The notes: generated by a model not told the origin, from the letters alone. A stretch of 32,840 nt of DNA from Squatina squatina (GCA_031763465.1 JARFOE010000115.1:16185273-16218112); one strand, 5' to 3'; positions 11,711 through 22,779 are shown, counted from the stretch's first letter. Numbers and translations: made by a program.

Positions 11711-12391
11711 TTTCCACTCCAAACAAAAACTAGGACAATCTTTATAACTGCAATAGTACTGCAAAACTAAACTATTAACAAAGACCCTCCACAACTGGAC
11801 AAACTTTTGTCAGTGACTTTGGCAGTATAATTATGTTAAGACAAATCAACTAGACCGTGGCACATTAAAGGTTAATATAAAAGTGGAACATTTGAAATAT
11901 TTGAAAAAAAATCACAGTTTTAGGAAATCATTTAAGTTATTTCACCAATTAAAGACGGTTGGTTGGAGTTGCTTGGGGTATCTATATTGTTATACTCAGT
12001 TTGTATTACTAATGCATAACTTATAACTTGTACTAGCTTAATTACAGTTGGTGTGTGTGGATATCTGAAATTGAACATATTGCTAAGTTAAATGGGTACT
12101 ATTCAAATCAGCACTTATGGTCAGCACTGTTAAACAGATTTAATCTATTGTAATTTTCTGTGTTTGTAAAAAAACAAACATGTCAGGGCAAGTGCCTACT
12201 GTTGAGTGTAAACATAGAAAATGTTAGTCCAGGCATACATGTTTTGCAAAACCAAACATAATACAGGAAAAATATCAATTAATCAATCCTTGATGTGAAT
12301 TATGAAAATAATATGATATAAATCATAATAGCAATTAATAAGACATTAAAGATTAATCCTAGAGTTATAATGAAGATTTTGTTCTTCACAG

Positions 12392-12621
12392 GTACACACT
12401 TATTCCCACTGCAGCAATCCTTGGATTAGGAGGGGCTCCACTTTGGTCTGCTAAGTGCACCTATCTTACCATTTGTGGTAACCAGTATGCAAAGAAACAC
12501 AATAAGGTTGCAGAAACTATGGTAAACGACTACTTTGGGATTTTCTTCCTTATATTTCAGTCATCTGCTGTTTGGGGGAATCTAATGTCTTCATTAATAT
12601 TTCAACTCTCTTCTGATAAAG
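12392..12621 (+). CDS. UNC93A: UNC93A (MFS-type transporter) internal exon: (W)YTLIPTAAILGLGGAPLWSAKCTYLT...VNDYFGIFFLIFQSSAVWGNLMSSLIFQLSSDK
   Basis: Boundaries ttcttcacag|GTACACA ... GATAAAG|gtaag. Carries the unc-93 motifs APLWSAxCTYLT and YFGIFFLIFQSSxVWGNL. Adjacent to TTLL2 as in other vertebrates. Confidence 0.95.
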
Positions 12622-12839
12622 GTAAGAAGACACACTTGTTTGGAAGTTTGATAATATATGCTGCATTGTTATTACCTGTTAAAATAATGAATGAATGCTT
12701 CTGTGAAAAAAGCAGAGAGAAGAATTTGGTATCAGCGCATTAGGCATCACTGACTATAATTTCTACTTTTACCTCTTTAGAAAATTACTCGGTGGGAGTA
12801 ATTATGTTTCTGAAGTATGTCAATGATTTGTGGGCTACA

Positions 12840-13292
12840 GTGTCAGCCATGGCTCAGTAGTCACACTCTCACCTCTGAGTCAGAAGGTTGTGAGTTCAAG
12901 TCCCACTCCAGAGACTTGAGCACAAAATTCTAGGCTGAGGGAGTGCTGCACTGTCGGAGGTGCCATTTTTCGGATGAGACATTAAACTGAGGCCACTGTC
13001 TGCTCTCTCAGGTGGACATAAAAGATCTCATGGCACTATTTTGAAGAAGAGCAGGGGAGTTACCCCCAGTGTCCTGGTCTATACTTATTCCTCAATCAAC
13101 ATTACTAAAAATAGATTATTTGGTCATTATCACATTGCCATTTGTGGGAGCTTGCTGTGCGCAAATTGACTATCGTGTTTCCTACATTACCAAAGTGACT
13201 ACACTTCAAAAGTACTTCATTGGCTTTAAGGTGCTTTGGGATATCTGGTGGCCATGAAAGGCGCTATATAAATGCAAGTCTTTCTCTTTTTT
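12840..13292 (+). mobile_element. Full-length tRNA-derived Deu-domain SINE (SacSINE1-like; AmnSINE1/SINE3 superfamily)
   Basis: Pol III A box TGGCTCAGTAG (12850), B box GAGTTCAAGTC (12892), Deu core tttcggatgagacattaaactgaggcc...aaagatctcatggcact, and tail aaaggcgctatataaatgcaagtc. Confidence 0.92.
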
Positions 13293-13469
13293 ATGGCAGT
13301 ATATGTAGCGGGATGGATTCTACTTGTTACAGAGTTGGAGGGAGATTTGAGAATATTAAATTCATGACGGAATGTCAGCACTCTCCCATGTGCCATAACC
13401 CAGAATCCTCCCTCCATCAATGCAAACATATGGGTCTAAAAATTTGATTGTGTAGTTTGGGATCTACGG

Positions 13470-13647
13470 ATGTCATTTTGGGTTGAAAATAGTGTCCGAG
13501 CAGCACGCACGCAATTCTGGTGCGGGCTGCTGCAGATACCATCTTGGTGAGGGCGGTAGTGTCAGCGGTGGGAGCGTGCTCGAGATATAGAGTAGGCAGA
13601 TAGTGATGTCAATCAGCATGCAAAGCTGATTTGACGCCAGGATTGCC
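13470..13647 (+). mobile_element. Fragment related to the non-coding end of the Harbinger element at 10683-10860
   Basis: Shared blocks gaaaatWgtgtccgag..gcacgc and gatgtcaatcag...gctgatttgaYgcc. Confidence 0.55.
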
Positions 13648-14296
13648 NNNNNNNNNNNNNNNNNNNNNNNNNNNNNNNNNNNNNNNNNNNNNNNNNNNNN
13701 NNNNNNNNNNNNNNNNNNNNNNNNNNNNNNNNNNNNNNNNNNNNNNNAGCTTAGATATGAGTACATGTGATTTTAAAAATTGCAACTAGTTTTTCTTTTC
13801 ATATCTCTTCCCTCGGAGAGTAGAGTGCAAAGTAGTGGAAGAATTGACAGACTGATGCGCCATGACATTAACCATCTTTTTACCAGGCAATGGGGTGGTC
13901 AGTCCTATATACTGCAGGACTGTTTTCTGGGCTCTCACAACCCATACAATGAGGGGCAAGGGGCACCCACACCCACCGGATGCCAAACTCCCACTGGATG
14001 TCAACCCATAGTTCAAAGCTAGAGCTCGGGTCTCCACCCTGAGATTGTCTGAAACCCTGACCCAGAGGCAGGAGGGAACGCTGCCACTACACCAAGGGTA
14101 ACCAGTGAGGCAGGGAGTTTAATTATTGGCCAGACTGGATTATTGTATCATTTTAACATTGAGTTACTCATTTAATTCACATGCTCAACAACAGACTTAT
14201 TTAATTAGATTCAGCATCGTAATTGTGTTATGACATTGGAATATTGCTAAAAGGTAGAATTATTAAACTCTCTTTTCCTCCCTTTCCCCCTTAAAG

Positions 14297-16376
14297 TGTA
14301 GAAAAAAAACTGGATCGAACCATGGCAAATAGCTCTAGATCAGAGGATCTAACCAAGTCATTGGTCTTTCGTCTGCATGAAGGCACTCCTGAAATTGTCC
14401 GTGATGTTCTCCTAGAGCGTGGCTGGGTGGAGTATGATGAAGACGTACAGGATGCGGATGACTGGAATTTGCACTGGCGATCTGGTTTTTCCAATGCGGA
14501 GTATGAAAACATTATGCCTTGGCAAAGACTGATTCACTACCCAAAAATCGTGGGCATTACTCGAAAGGACAATCTTGCCCGTAATTTGAAGCGTATGTCA
14601 GGGATTTATGGCTCTACCACATATAACTTTAGCCCTATCGCTTTCATTCTTCCCAATGATTACACCAAATTTGTTGCGGAGTATACAAAAAACAAGAAGG
14701 CAAATGGTGGAAAGCTTGGATACTGGATATGCAAGCCCGTTGATCTCTCCCGTGGCAGGGGAATATTTATATNNNNNNNNNNNNNNNNNNNNNNNNNNNN
14801 NNNNNNNNNNNNNNNNNNNNNNNNNNNNNNNNNNNNNNNNNNNNNNNNNNNNNNNNNNNNNNNNNNNNNNNNNNNNNNNNNNNNNNNNNNNNNNNNNNNN
14901 NNNNNNNNNNNNNNNNNNNNNNNNNNNNTGGTGAGGTTTGGGACAGAAAAGTATAATCTTACATCTTTAGACAATGTGTATGCTCATTTAACAAACACCA
15001 GCATCAATAGGTTTGGACCCTCCTACACAATGGACAAAGAACGGGTTGGTTCAGGATGCAAATGGACAATGAGCCAATTCCGTTCTTTTCTGCACAGTCT
15101 GAATATAAATGAACCACTCATGTGGCAGAGAATAAGTAATATTGTGACTATGACCCTGCTCACGATTACTCCATCCATTCCATCCCCTCCTAACTGTCTC
15201 GAGCTCTTTGGCTTTGATATCCTAATAGATGACAACATAAAGCCATGGCTTTTGGAAGTGAATTATAGCCCAGCACTAATCGTGGACTGTAATGCGGATG
15301 TGATAGTAAAGAAAGGTCTATTATATGACCTCATTGACCTGCTGAATTACAAAGAGATAGATACATTGCGCCAGCGTGGTTACCCAAGACCATGGCAATA
15401 TAATACACTGTCTCGCAGCCATCCTTCCTTCTGCATCACTAACTCGTTTGGAAATCTACTTCCATTTCACTCCAACATTTCCAGNNNNNNNNNNNNNNNN
15501 NNNNNNNNNNNNNNNNNNNNNNNNNNNNNNNNNNNNNNNNNNNNNNNNNNNNNNNNNNNNNNNNNNNNNNNNNNNNNNNNNNNNCTGAGCTTTTCAAAAG
15601 CAACTTGGTCTAGTAACCAAACTCATTCCCTATTATTCTGCCGCAAAAGTTGTAGCCAGTCTAATCTTTACAACCAAGTCTGTGTTAGTGAAGACCAGGA
15701 GATGGACTCTCAGAAAGCAGAAGAGGAAGGCAAGTCTCCATGCGCTAGTAAACTGCAGCTCTCTCACTTGCCCCGTCCCACTGGGGAGGAATCCGGGAGA
15801 AGTGTCAGAAAGGTGTGCAGTCCCACAGGTGCAGTATCTGCCCATTGCTCAGACACCAAGGAATGGGCAAAGAATACGAAGTCTACTCGACCATTCCCAA
15901 AGAAAACCTTGACTTCACAGTTGAGGGAAAAGATGAACAAAAGTTCCCCACAGCATACGCGGAATCCAATAGACAGGGTAATGTTGCTGGAACCAAGAAC
16001 TGCCCAGTCTGGTTGGCATATTCGTAACACAGGCCCGAAGTTCACGTCAGATAAATTTCAGAGGTACGAACTAGCATTGTTCCCTCAATACAGTGTTTCA
16101 GATTTTGACAAAAAGCCCATGAGCCGCATAGGTGATTTTATCTTAACATTTCCATTTAATGAAGTGACGCTGAAAGCTTCTCAGGACCCTTTAAACATAA
16201 GGACAGTAATGCGGGAACTGCAAAAGATGCTGAAGACATTTCAGGAACCAAAGAGCCCAAAAAGAAAAAATGAGCCCTATCTGGATGGCTCTTGCAATAG
16301 AAAAGAATGTTTTGGCTCATTCCTTTGGGGACCACGGAACCCTCCATTGCTCAGCGACTGTTGCTTTGAAAACTAA
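14297..16376 (+). CDS. TTLL2: Tubulin tyrosine ligase-like 2 (probable tubulin polyglutamylase), large terminal exon containing two gaps
   Basis: ORF 14322..16376, with frame open back to the acceptor ttccccccttaaag at 14296. TTL motifs ITRKDNLARNLKRM, WICKPVDLSRGRGI, HLTNTSIN, ELFGFDILIDDNIKPWLLEVNYSP, and C-terminal RIGDFILTFPFN. The uninterrupted TTL domain and the UNC93A neighbour indicate TTLL2. Confidence 0.93.
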
Positions 16377-16449
16377 TTAGTTGATCTTTTGTACTAACTC
16401 CAGTTGCTTTAATTTTATAAATCAAGATACTAAGTTCTTCATGAATGGA

Positions 16450-16455
16450 AATAAA
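16450..16455 (+). promoter_or_regulatory. Candidate polyadenylation signal of TTLL2
   Basis: AATAAA about 75 nt after the TAA stop. Confidence 0.4.
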
Positions 16456-17229
16456 ATGCAAGCCTCCGTGAAGTAGTCTGTTATAGCACTGTTGATAAAT
16501 GTTTGCTGTGTAAAGGCACCGTTTGGGTCATTTAAGCTGAGCCATAGGGGATAGATATAAAATTACAATTTTAATCCACATCCTGTATTCTGTAGGGTCC
16601 TGGTTGCCACTCATGACCTGCAACTTGTACATTGTTTTGATTTAAGTTATTGCCATAACTTACTGATGGCCGACATGTTGCTGCGTGCCATTTCTTGCCT
16701 ATAAAATGATATAAAAGCCTATGACATTATTTTTGGTTGAGACGGTACATACAGTATATTTCAAGTGGTCAAACAATTCCAGTTTTTTTTTCAAACAGAG
16801 TAATGTTGTTTGTTATAATTTCTCAACGAAAATTTCCTTGGGGGTTCTTCCATAACCTCTGTGGAAAGCCTGTCTATGGAATCGAGTCAGAGTTTCCGCC
16901 AAAGTTACATCGGCCGATTGGGAGAGCCCTGGTGCCTTTTTTTTAAGTTACTGGAGGCAGCAGCACAAAACCTATGTCAGTCAGAGGAGGGTGAACATCT
17001 CCCTGCTTTGACAGACATCAGTGGTCATTAATGAGTTCCAACAGCATCAATCTCACTCCTGTTCCATGTAGACCAATCCCCAAATTCACAGCAAAATCAC
17101 TCTAATTCTGAGAATATAGAGTGCCATAGAAATTAAGGTAGCATAAATGTGGGGTTGAAGAACTTTTAAATTTAATTCTTTCAGGACCCCAGGCCCAAAA
17201 TGACCTGATCAATTATTATGCTAGTAGAC

Positions 17230-17357
17230 AAGCGAAATACTGTGGGTTCTGGAAATCTGAAATAAAAGCAGAGAATGCTGGAAATACTCAGCAGGTCAGG
17301 CAGCATCTGTGGAGAGAGAAACAGAGTTCACGCCTCAGGTCGATGACCTTTCGTCAG
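17230..17357 (-). mobile_element. Penelope-like element terminal-repeat fragment with degenerate hammerhead core
   Basis: Resembles, from recall, a common chondrichthyan repeat (ctggaaatctgaaataaaa..gctggaaatactcagcaggtcaggcagcatctgtggagagagaaacagagtt). The minus strand reads CTGACGA-A-AGGT-catcg-ACCT-GAGGC. Confidence 0.6.
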
Positions 17358-17457
17358 NNNNNNNNNNNNNNNNNNNNNNNNNNNNNNNNNNNNNNNNNNN
17401 NNNNNNNNNNNNNNNNNNNNNNNNNNNNNNNNNNNNNNNNNNNNNNNNNNNNNNNNN

Positions 17458-17685
17458 GTGCGGCGCTCCCTCAGTACCGCCCCTCCGACAGTGCAGCGCT
17501 CCCTCAGTACTGCCCCTCCGACAGTGTGGCGCTCCCTCAGTACCGCCCCTCCAACAGTGCAGCGCTCCCTCAGTACTGCACCGGGACTTTCAGCTTAGAT
17601 TTTTATGCTCAAGCCTCTGGAGTGAGACTTGAACCCACAACCTTCTTGGAGGCGAGGTTGCTACCCACTGAGCCACAGCTGACAC
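17458..17685 (-). mobile_element. Deu-SINE 5' part carrying an internal 33-bp tandem array
   Basis: SINE head (gtgtcagctgtggctcagtggg...gggttcaagtc) at 17685-17600. Units gtgYRgcgctccctcagtacYgcccctccRaca start at 17458, 17491, 17524 and 17557 (partial). Confidence 0.85.
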
Positions 17686-18243
17686 TCAGCTGTGTTGGTT
17701 GGAGCAGATCTCTGAGGTCGGACGAGTTAACGACCAGGATCATGAAATCAATATGCTGGGTCACAGGGAGCCAGTGAAGCTTGGGAAAGATGGAAATGAC
17801 AGGAGTGCAGGGTTCCGTAGGAGAAGATTTAACTTGTATCGTTCATTAGCTCTCGTCTGGATAACTGGGCGAGTCACCTTTTCTAGTGCATTAATATTGC
17901 ATTTGTCTATCAACAGTGCTTTTGGAAATGATTTAGCTGTCAATTTGGTATGAAAGTAATGATGCTATTTTCATAAGAAAATATGAATATTTTCAGGACA
18001 AGAATGTACTTAATAAAGCATAAACAATGAGTTAACAACGAAAAGCTATTGAGAGCCATTCAGACCAGACATCTGTGGGACAGGAGCAAAGTAGATCCCA
18101 GACAAGAGTGGAAGGCAGATACATCAGACAGGTATGAACATACAGTAACACAGAGCGAATAGGAGAGAAATGCACTTACTTTTGCAGGCATATGGGCGAG
18201 AACTACACAATTCTGCAGGTGAATAGGAGGGAAATACACTTAC

Positions 18244-18364
18244 TTCTGCAGATTCACAATTGTTCCATCTGGGAATATGCTCTGTTCATGACCATCAGGA
18301 AAAAGATGTTTGACTGTCTGGTCTGGAAATACTATTTCCTTCTTACCATCAGGGTAATGCTTTT
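18244..18364 (-). CDS. CENPJ/TCP10-like exon, TCP (G-box) domain: (E)[39 protein letters not shown](K/N)
   Basis: Read by hand; absent from the ORF track. Boundaries ttcttgtcttttag|AAAAGCAT ... CTGCAGAA|gtaagt. Repeated FPDG beta-hairpins match [41 protein letters not shown]. Confidence 0.93.
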
Positions 18365-18499
18365 CTAAAAGACAAGAAATATTAACATTTTACCAAGATC
18401 ATAACAAAACGGTTGTTTGAAACACAGAGAAATATGCAAGATCTAACGGAAACTATTTATACCTTGAGAGGAAAGGGGAGATATTCAATAGCAAATGTG

Positions 18500-19386
18500 A
18501 TCCAGCAGCGAGAGGCAGCAGACCTGGGTGGAGAAGCGAGAGGCCCAGGGAGCGTTTAAAGAGAGGAGCGAGGCCCAGTAACAGCGATAGAAGTGAGAGG
18601 CAGCGGACCTGGGTGAAGCAGCGAGAGGCCTGGGGAGAGGTTAAAGAGAGGAGTGAGGCCCAGCGCCAGCGATAGAAGTGAGAGGCAGCAGACCTGGGTG
18701 GAGCAGCAAGAGGCCTGGGGAGAGGTTAAAGAGAGGAGCGAGGCCCAGCGCCAGCGATAGAAGTGAGAGGCAGCGGACCTGGGTGGAGCAGCAAGAGACC
18801 TACATTCATTGAGAACGGCGGCGGAGCCCAGGCAGAGATCCAAGTGACGTCACGAATAAAAAGTGAAGGAGCTGATTGGTGAGTAGCTGGATGAGTATTT
18901 TTGCTTGTCTCCAGTTAATAGCTGTTAATAGTTAGTAGTTAATAGTTGGTAGTTAATATATAGTTTATATTAAGTAATGTTTAAAGTGAAGTAAGGTCCC
19001 TAGTGTATTTTATATTCTTTAAATTAGAGGAAGTAAAAGTAAAGGGAGTACATTAAGGCTAAGATAATGGCAGGACAGCTTGGCCGTGTGGAGTGCTCCT
19101 CCTGTGCTGTGTGGGAAGTCAGGACACTTCCAGTGTCCAGGGCGACCATGTGTGTAGGAAGGGTCTCCAGCTGCAGCTGCTGGAAACCCGCGTTTCGGAT
19201 CTGGAGCTGCGGCTGGAGTCGCTGTGGAGCATCCGCAAGGCTGAGATCATTGTGGATAGCACGTTTAACGAGGTGATCACACCGCAGTAAAAATGGAATG
19301 GGTGACCGCGAGAAGAACTAGGCAGGTAGTGCAGGAGTCCCCTGGGTCCATCTCCCTCTCAAACAGAATTTCCGTTTTGAATACTG
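18500..19386 (+). mobile_element. CR1 LINE 5' end: 5' UTR and ORF1 N-terminus (frameshifted)
   Basis: Peptides MAGQLGRVECSSCAVWE, DHVCRKGLQLQLLETRVSDLELRLESLWSIR and WVTARR..QESPGSISLSNR, matching the zinc-finger/leucine-zipper ORF1 of CR1. Confidence 0.85.
18504..18800 (+). repeat. 85-bp tandem repeat (about 3.5 copies) in a CR1 5' UTR
   Basis: gatagaagtgagaggcagc recurs at 18586, 18671 and 18756, a period of 85. Confidence 0.9.
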
Positions 19387-19486
19387 NNNNNNNNNNNNNN
19401 NNNNNNNNNNNNNNNNNNNNNNNNNNNNNNNNNNNNNNNNNNNNNNNNNNNNNNNNNNNNNNNNNNNNNNNNNNNNNNNNNNNNNN

Positions 19487-20026
19487 GGACTCGCAAACAA
19501 CTAATGTGATTCCTCTATGTAAAATCGTAGATAGAACAAGTCTAGGGAATTATAGATCACTTAATGTCGGTGGTAGGAAAGATAATGGAATCTTTACTCA
19601 AAGATGTGATAGAAAAACATCTAGAAACTGAAAATATAATAAAGAGTAGTCAGCACAGATTCTAAAAGGGAAGATCATGCATGACCAACTTTATTCAATT
19701 CTTTGAAGCAGCACCAGAAAGGGTAGATAAGGAATGTAGTAGGCGTAATATATTTGGATTTCCAAAAAGCCTTTGATAAGGTATCGCATCGTAAACTCAT
19801 GACTCGTGGAGTCAGGGGACAAGTAGCAGAATAGATAATAAGCTGCCGAAAAAACAGAAATCAAAGGTTACGTGGTAAAGGCAGTTAATTAGATTGGGAA
19901 ATTGAATGTGGTGTTCCACAAGGACCACTGTTTTTCACCATTTACATAAGCGATTTGGAGGCAGGAATTGGAAGTAAACTTACTAAATTTGCAAATGACA
20001 CCAAATTTTTTTTGGGGGGGGAGGGG
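19487..20026 (+). mobile_element. CR1 reverse transcriptase fragment, decayed
   Basis: Motifs GNYRS, GRSCMTNFIQFFE, IYLDFQKAFDKVSH, GVPQG and KFANDTK. Confidence 0.9.
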
Positions 20027-20293
20027 NNNNNNNNNNNNNNNNNNNNNNNNNNNNNNNNNNNNNNNNNNNNNNNNNNNNNNNNNNNNNNNNNNNNNNNNNN
20101 NNNNNNNNNNNNNNNNNNNNNNNNNNCCCAGGGTCAATTTCAGCAAATTAAACCTACTTTAGCTGGAGTTTAGTCAAACTGATTATGTAAATCCATTGGA
20201 GTACAATTATGTGTTAAGGTATATCTGATAGAAATCAGACAGTTGTGCTGGCTGTTTGAAAATCAAACAGCATTAGCAGTCGAGAGAAACACT

Positions 20294-20509
20294 GGCCTAG
20301 AAATTACAAAGCTTGCAGCGGCAGGATTTTTCTTCACTCCACTCCTCTTTGTTCACCAGTGGGCTGCAATGCCACACTCGCTCGATGACAACGAGTCCCG
20401 TGGCCCAAAATCAGGGGCACCTCGGATGCCAACATTCTGGTGGAGGATATTTATCTTGCACTCCTCCCCAGCAAATGGCCATAAATAAGTGCTCCTGAAT
20501 TTCTAGGCC
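20294..20509. mobile_element. 216-bp PIF/Harbinger-type MITE
   Basis: Perfect 12-bp TIR GGCCTAGAAATT / AATTTCTAGGCC flanked by the 3-bp TSD ACT (20291-20293 and 20510-20512). Confidence 0.82.
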
Positions 20510-20613
20510 ACTGAATTACAAAGAGGAGTTATGAATTGAGGAGACCAGTACACATATCTACTGAAAATTCTGTGCTGCATGAGGGCCTCTTTATTTATAC
20601 ACATAGCTATTAA

Positions 20614-20650
<37 letters not shown>
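20614..20650. repeat. (CA)n microsatellite with one interruption
   Basis: Read directly from the sequence. Confidence 0.95.
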
Positions 20651-21209
20651 AACAAAAAAATAAACACATAGAGGATTAAATGGTAAAACTTAGTTTTGAA
20701 TTCTTTTGGAATTTATTAATTTATTTAGTTACCTCAGTTTTCAATAGAATTTAATCAAAAGGCCATTCCCATCTCTTTAAGGGATATTGGGCCAGATTTT
20801 GCTGTAACAATAGTTATTTATAAGAAAATTGGACAGCAACTTCTAGCAAGCGCACATGTGCAGTCAAATGCGAAAATCTGGAAGTTGCTCTCTGAAATGC
20901 TCTGCTCCCCCGTAGGTTGCGTGAAAAATGCACCTTGCCGTCTGACTCACCGTTCAAATGTATTGAACAGTGTGAACTACCTGTACTGATGTCGTAGGTA
21001 TGAACTAAACTCGCCACAAAAAGTTAAGTCAGGCCATTCTAGTGTAAGTACCATATTAGTAGTGTGGTAAGTCTTAATTACTGCCAACCAACCTTTTTGG
21101 CACTAAAAATTCACTTTAATAAGTGTGGAGTGGAATCTCATTTCTGCTTATTAAGATGTATTAGCACAGGTATTTTTAAACAGAACATGAACATAGCTTT
21201 GAGACTCAC

Positions 21210-21339
21210 CTGAGATTTTCCATAGCTAACTCATGTTTCTCTTTTAGTTTGGCTAATGCTGTATTTTCTGCTTTGAATCGATCGATTTCTGTTTCCAATT
21301 GTAGAAGTTTGCCTTGGAGCTGTCTGGATTGAGCGTCAT
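21210..21339 (-). CDS. CENPJ/TCP10-like exon, coiled coil: DAQSRQLQGKLLQLETEIDRFKAENTALAKLKEKHELAMENLR
   Basis: Boundaries cacacag|ATGACG ... CTCAG|gtgagt. Matches CPAP [25 protein letters not shown]. Confidence 0.9.
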
Positions 21340-22095
21340 CTGTGTGATTTAAAACAATACAAAGATGGTTTAAAACTGCCATTCCTTTCTTTAGTGCACA
21401 TAATAAGTTCAAATGATTTATTGGTACCTGTTTACTATTTTTTTAAAAAAAGAACAACCATCATCATAACACAGTACTTGAAAACAAAATAATTGTGTGT
21501 ATTTGGTATAAACTATTGTCTTCAACCTCCAGCAAGCCTTCACTGTGGAGGGACAATAGAGTTATAGTACGATAAGTTTGCATAGGTAGTTTCCATTATA
21601 GTTGTGGGCATAGGTAACCTGTAGCAGAAGAAGCTCACCGGAAATGGGTGTAGGGGTAAGGTTTCTAATATATCAGTCGATCTTCCATGACATTGCACAG
21701 AGGAGGATAGATTGCAATAGTGTAAAGTGGGTGATAGTGAAAATAGGAGAAAATAGAAGAATATCTAGAAACCAAAAATATAATAAAGAATAGTCAATAT
21801 GGNNNNNNNNNNNNNNNNNNNNNNNNNNNNNNNNNNNNNNNNNNNNNNNNNNNNNNNNNNNNNNNNNNNNNNNNNNNNNNNNNNNNNNNNNNNNNNNNNN
21901 NNATGTAAAGTTCTGTCGAAAACCGGAGATGAGAATTGTAATTCCTGCCAGGAACACAAGCTGCTTCACATCTTATTAGGCCCAGTAGACTTTTCTTTGC
22001 AGTACAGTCAATCCCCATTAAGTATGCCAGCTAAGTACACAATGTACTTCCACAAAAATAACCTGCGGGCCATATCTAAAGCAGCAAGCACATAC

Positions 22096-22779
22096 CTCCT
22101 CACATCTTGCTTATGGTCTTTCTCTGCCTGCTGTTGGGGCATTTCAGTGCCCTGATATACAGCCTCTGTTCTGTTAGTACTTAGGCATTCCAGATGAGAA
22201 GTGTTACTGAAACATGGTTGCTCATTTGAAGGTCCCTGTAGCTGGTTTGCCATATTCTGTCCTATTTGTTGGCCTCGATTCTGCCTTTCCATACTTTGAT
22301 GAGAAGAACTGCTACTTGACTGATTCTGTAATTGTGAATCGACTCCAATCAATTGCTGGCTTTCTAGAATATGTAGGCTTAAACCTCCACTGCCAGTAGG
22401 TCTTCCTTGAGATTCCTCTAGAGTAATTAAATCTCCTGCTTTACTTTCCAGTTCTACTTGTTGACATCCACCTTTTCTGTCATCAGAGTATTTGCGGGGT
22501 GATTCAACCTTGGTCGCCAATTCTGCTACATTTATGTCACTTTGGATACCCTCGTCTGTACTATTCTTGATTTCATCTGGTTTTTCTTTTTGCATGTGGT
22601 CCTTTTTCTTGCAGTTTGTCAGGGAGTTACCAGTAAAGACAGACTTCTTTGCTTTAGATGCTATAAGGACTGAACTACTAACTTGCTTTTTCAAAGTTGC
22701 CTGTTTTTCAATCTGAAGTTTTTTACTCTCGTTGAGTATGGGTAAGGAAAGTCGGCGCTGATTGCTGAAACTAACTTTT
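22096..22779 (-). CDS. CENPJ-like large low-complexity central exon (KVSFSNQRRLSLP...QDVRR)
   Basis: 684-nt open K/S/Q/E-rich frame within ORF 22008..23249(-). Start tag|A AAA GTT at the gap edge and end AGGAG|gtatgt give phase 2-2. Boundaries are tentative. Confidence 0.65.

Noticed and set aside
12840-12912. tRNA gene
   Set aside because: It is the tRNA-derived head of a SINE and continues into the Deu domain and tail.
17458-17580. 33-bp direct repeats as a CRISPR array
   Set aside because: The repeats are head-to-tail with no unique spacers, derive from a SINE, and sit in a vertebrate context with no cas genes.
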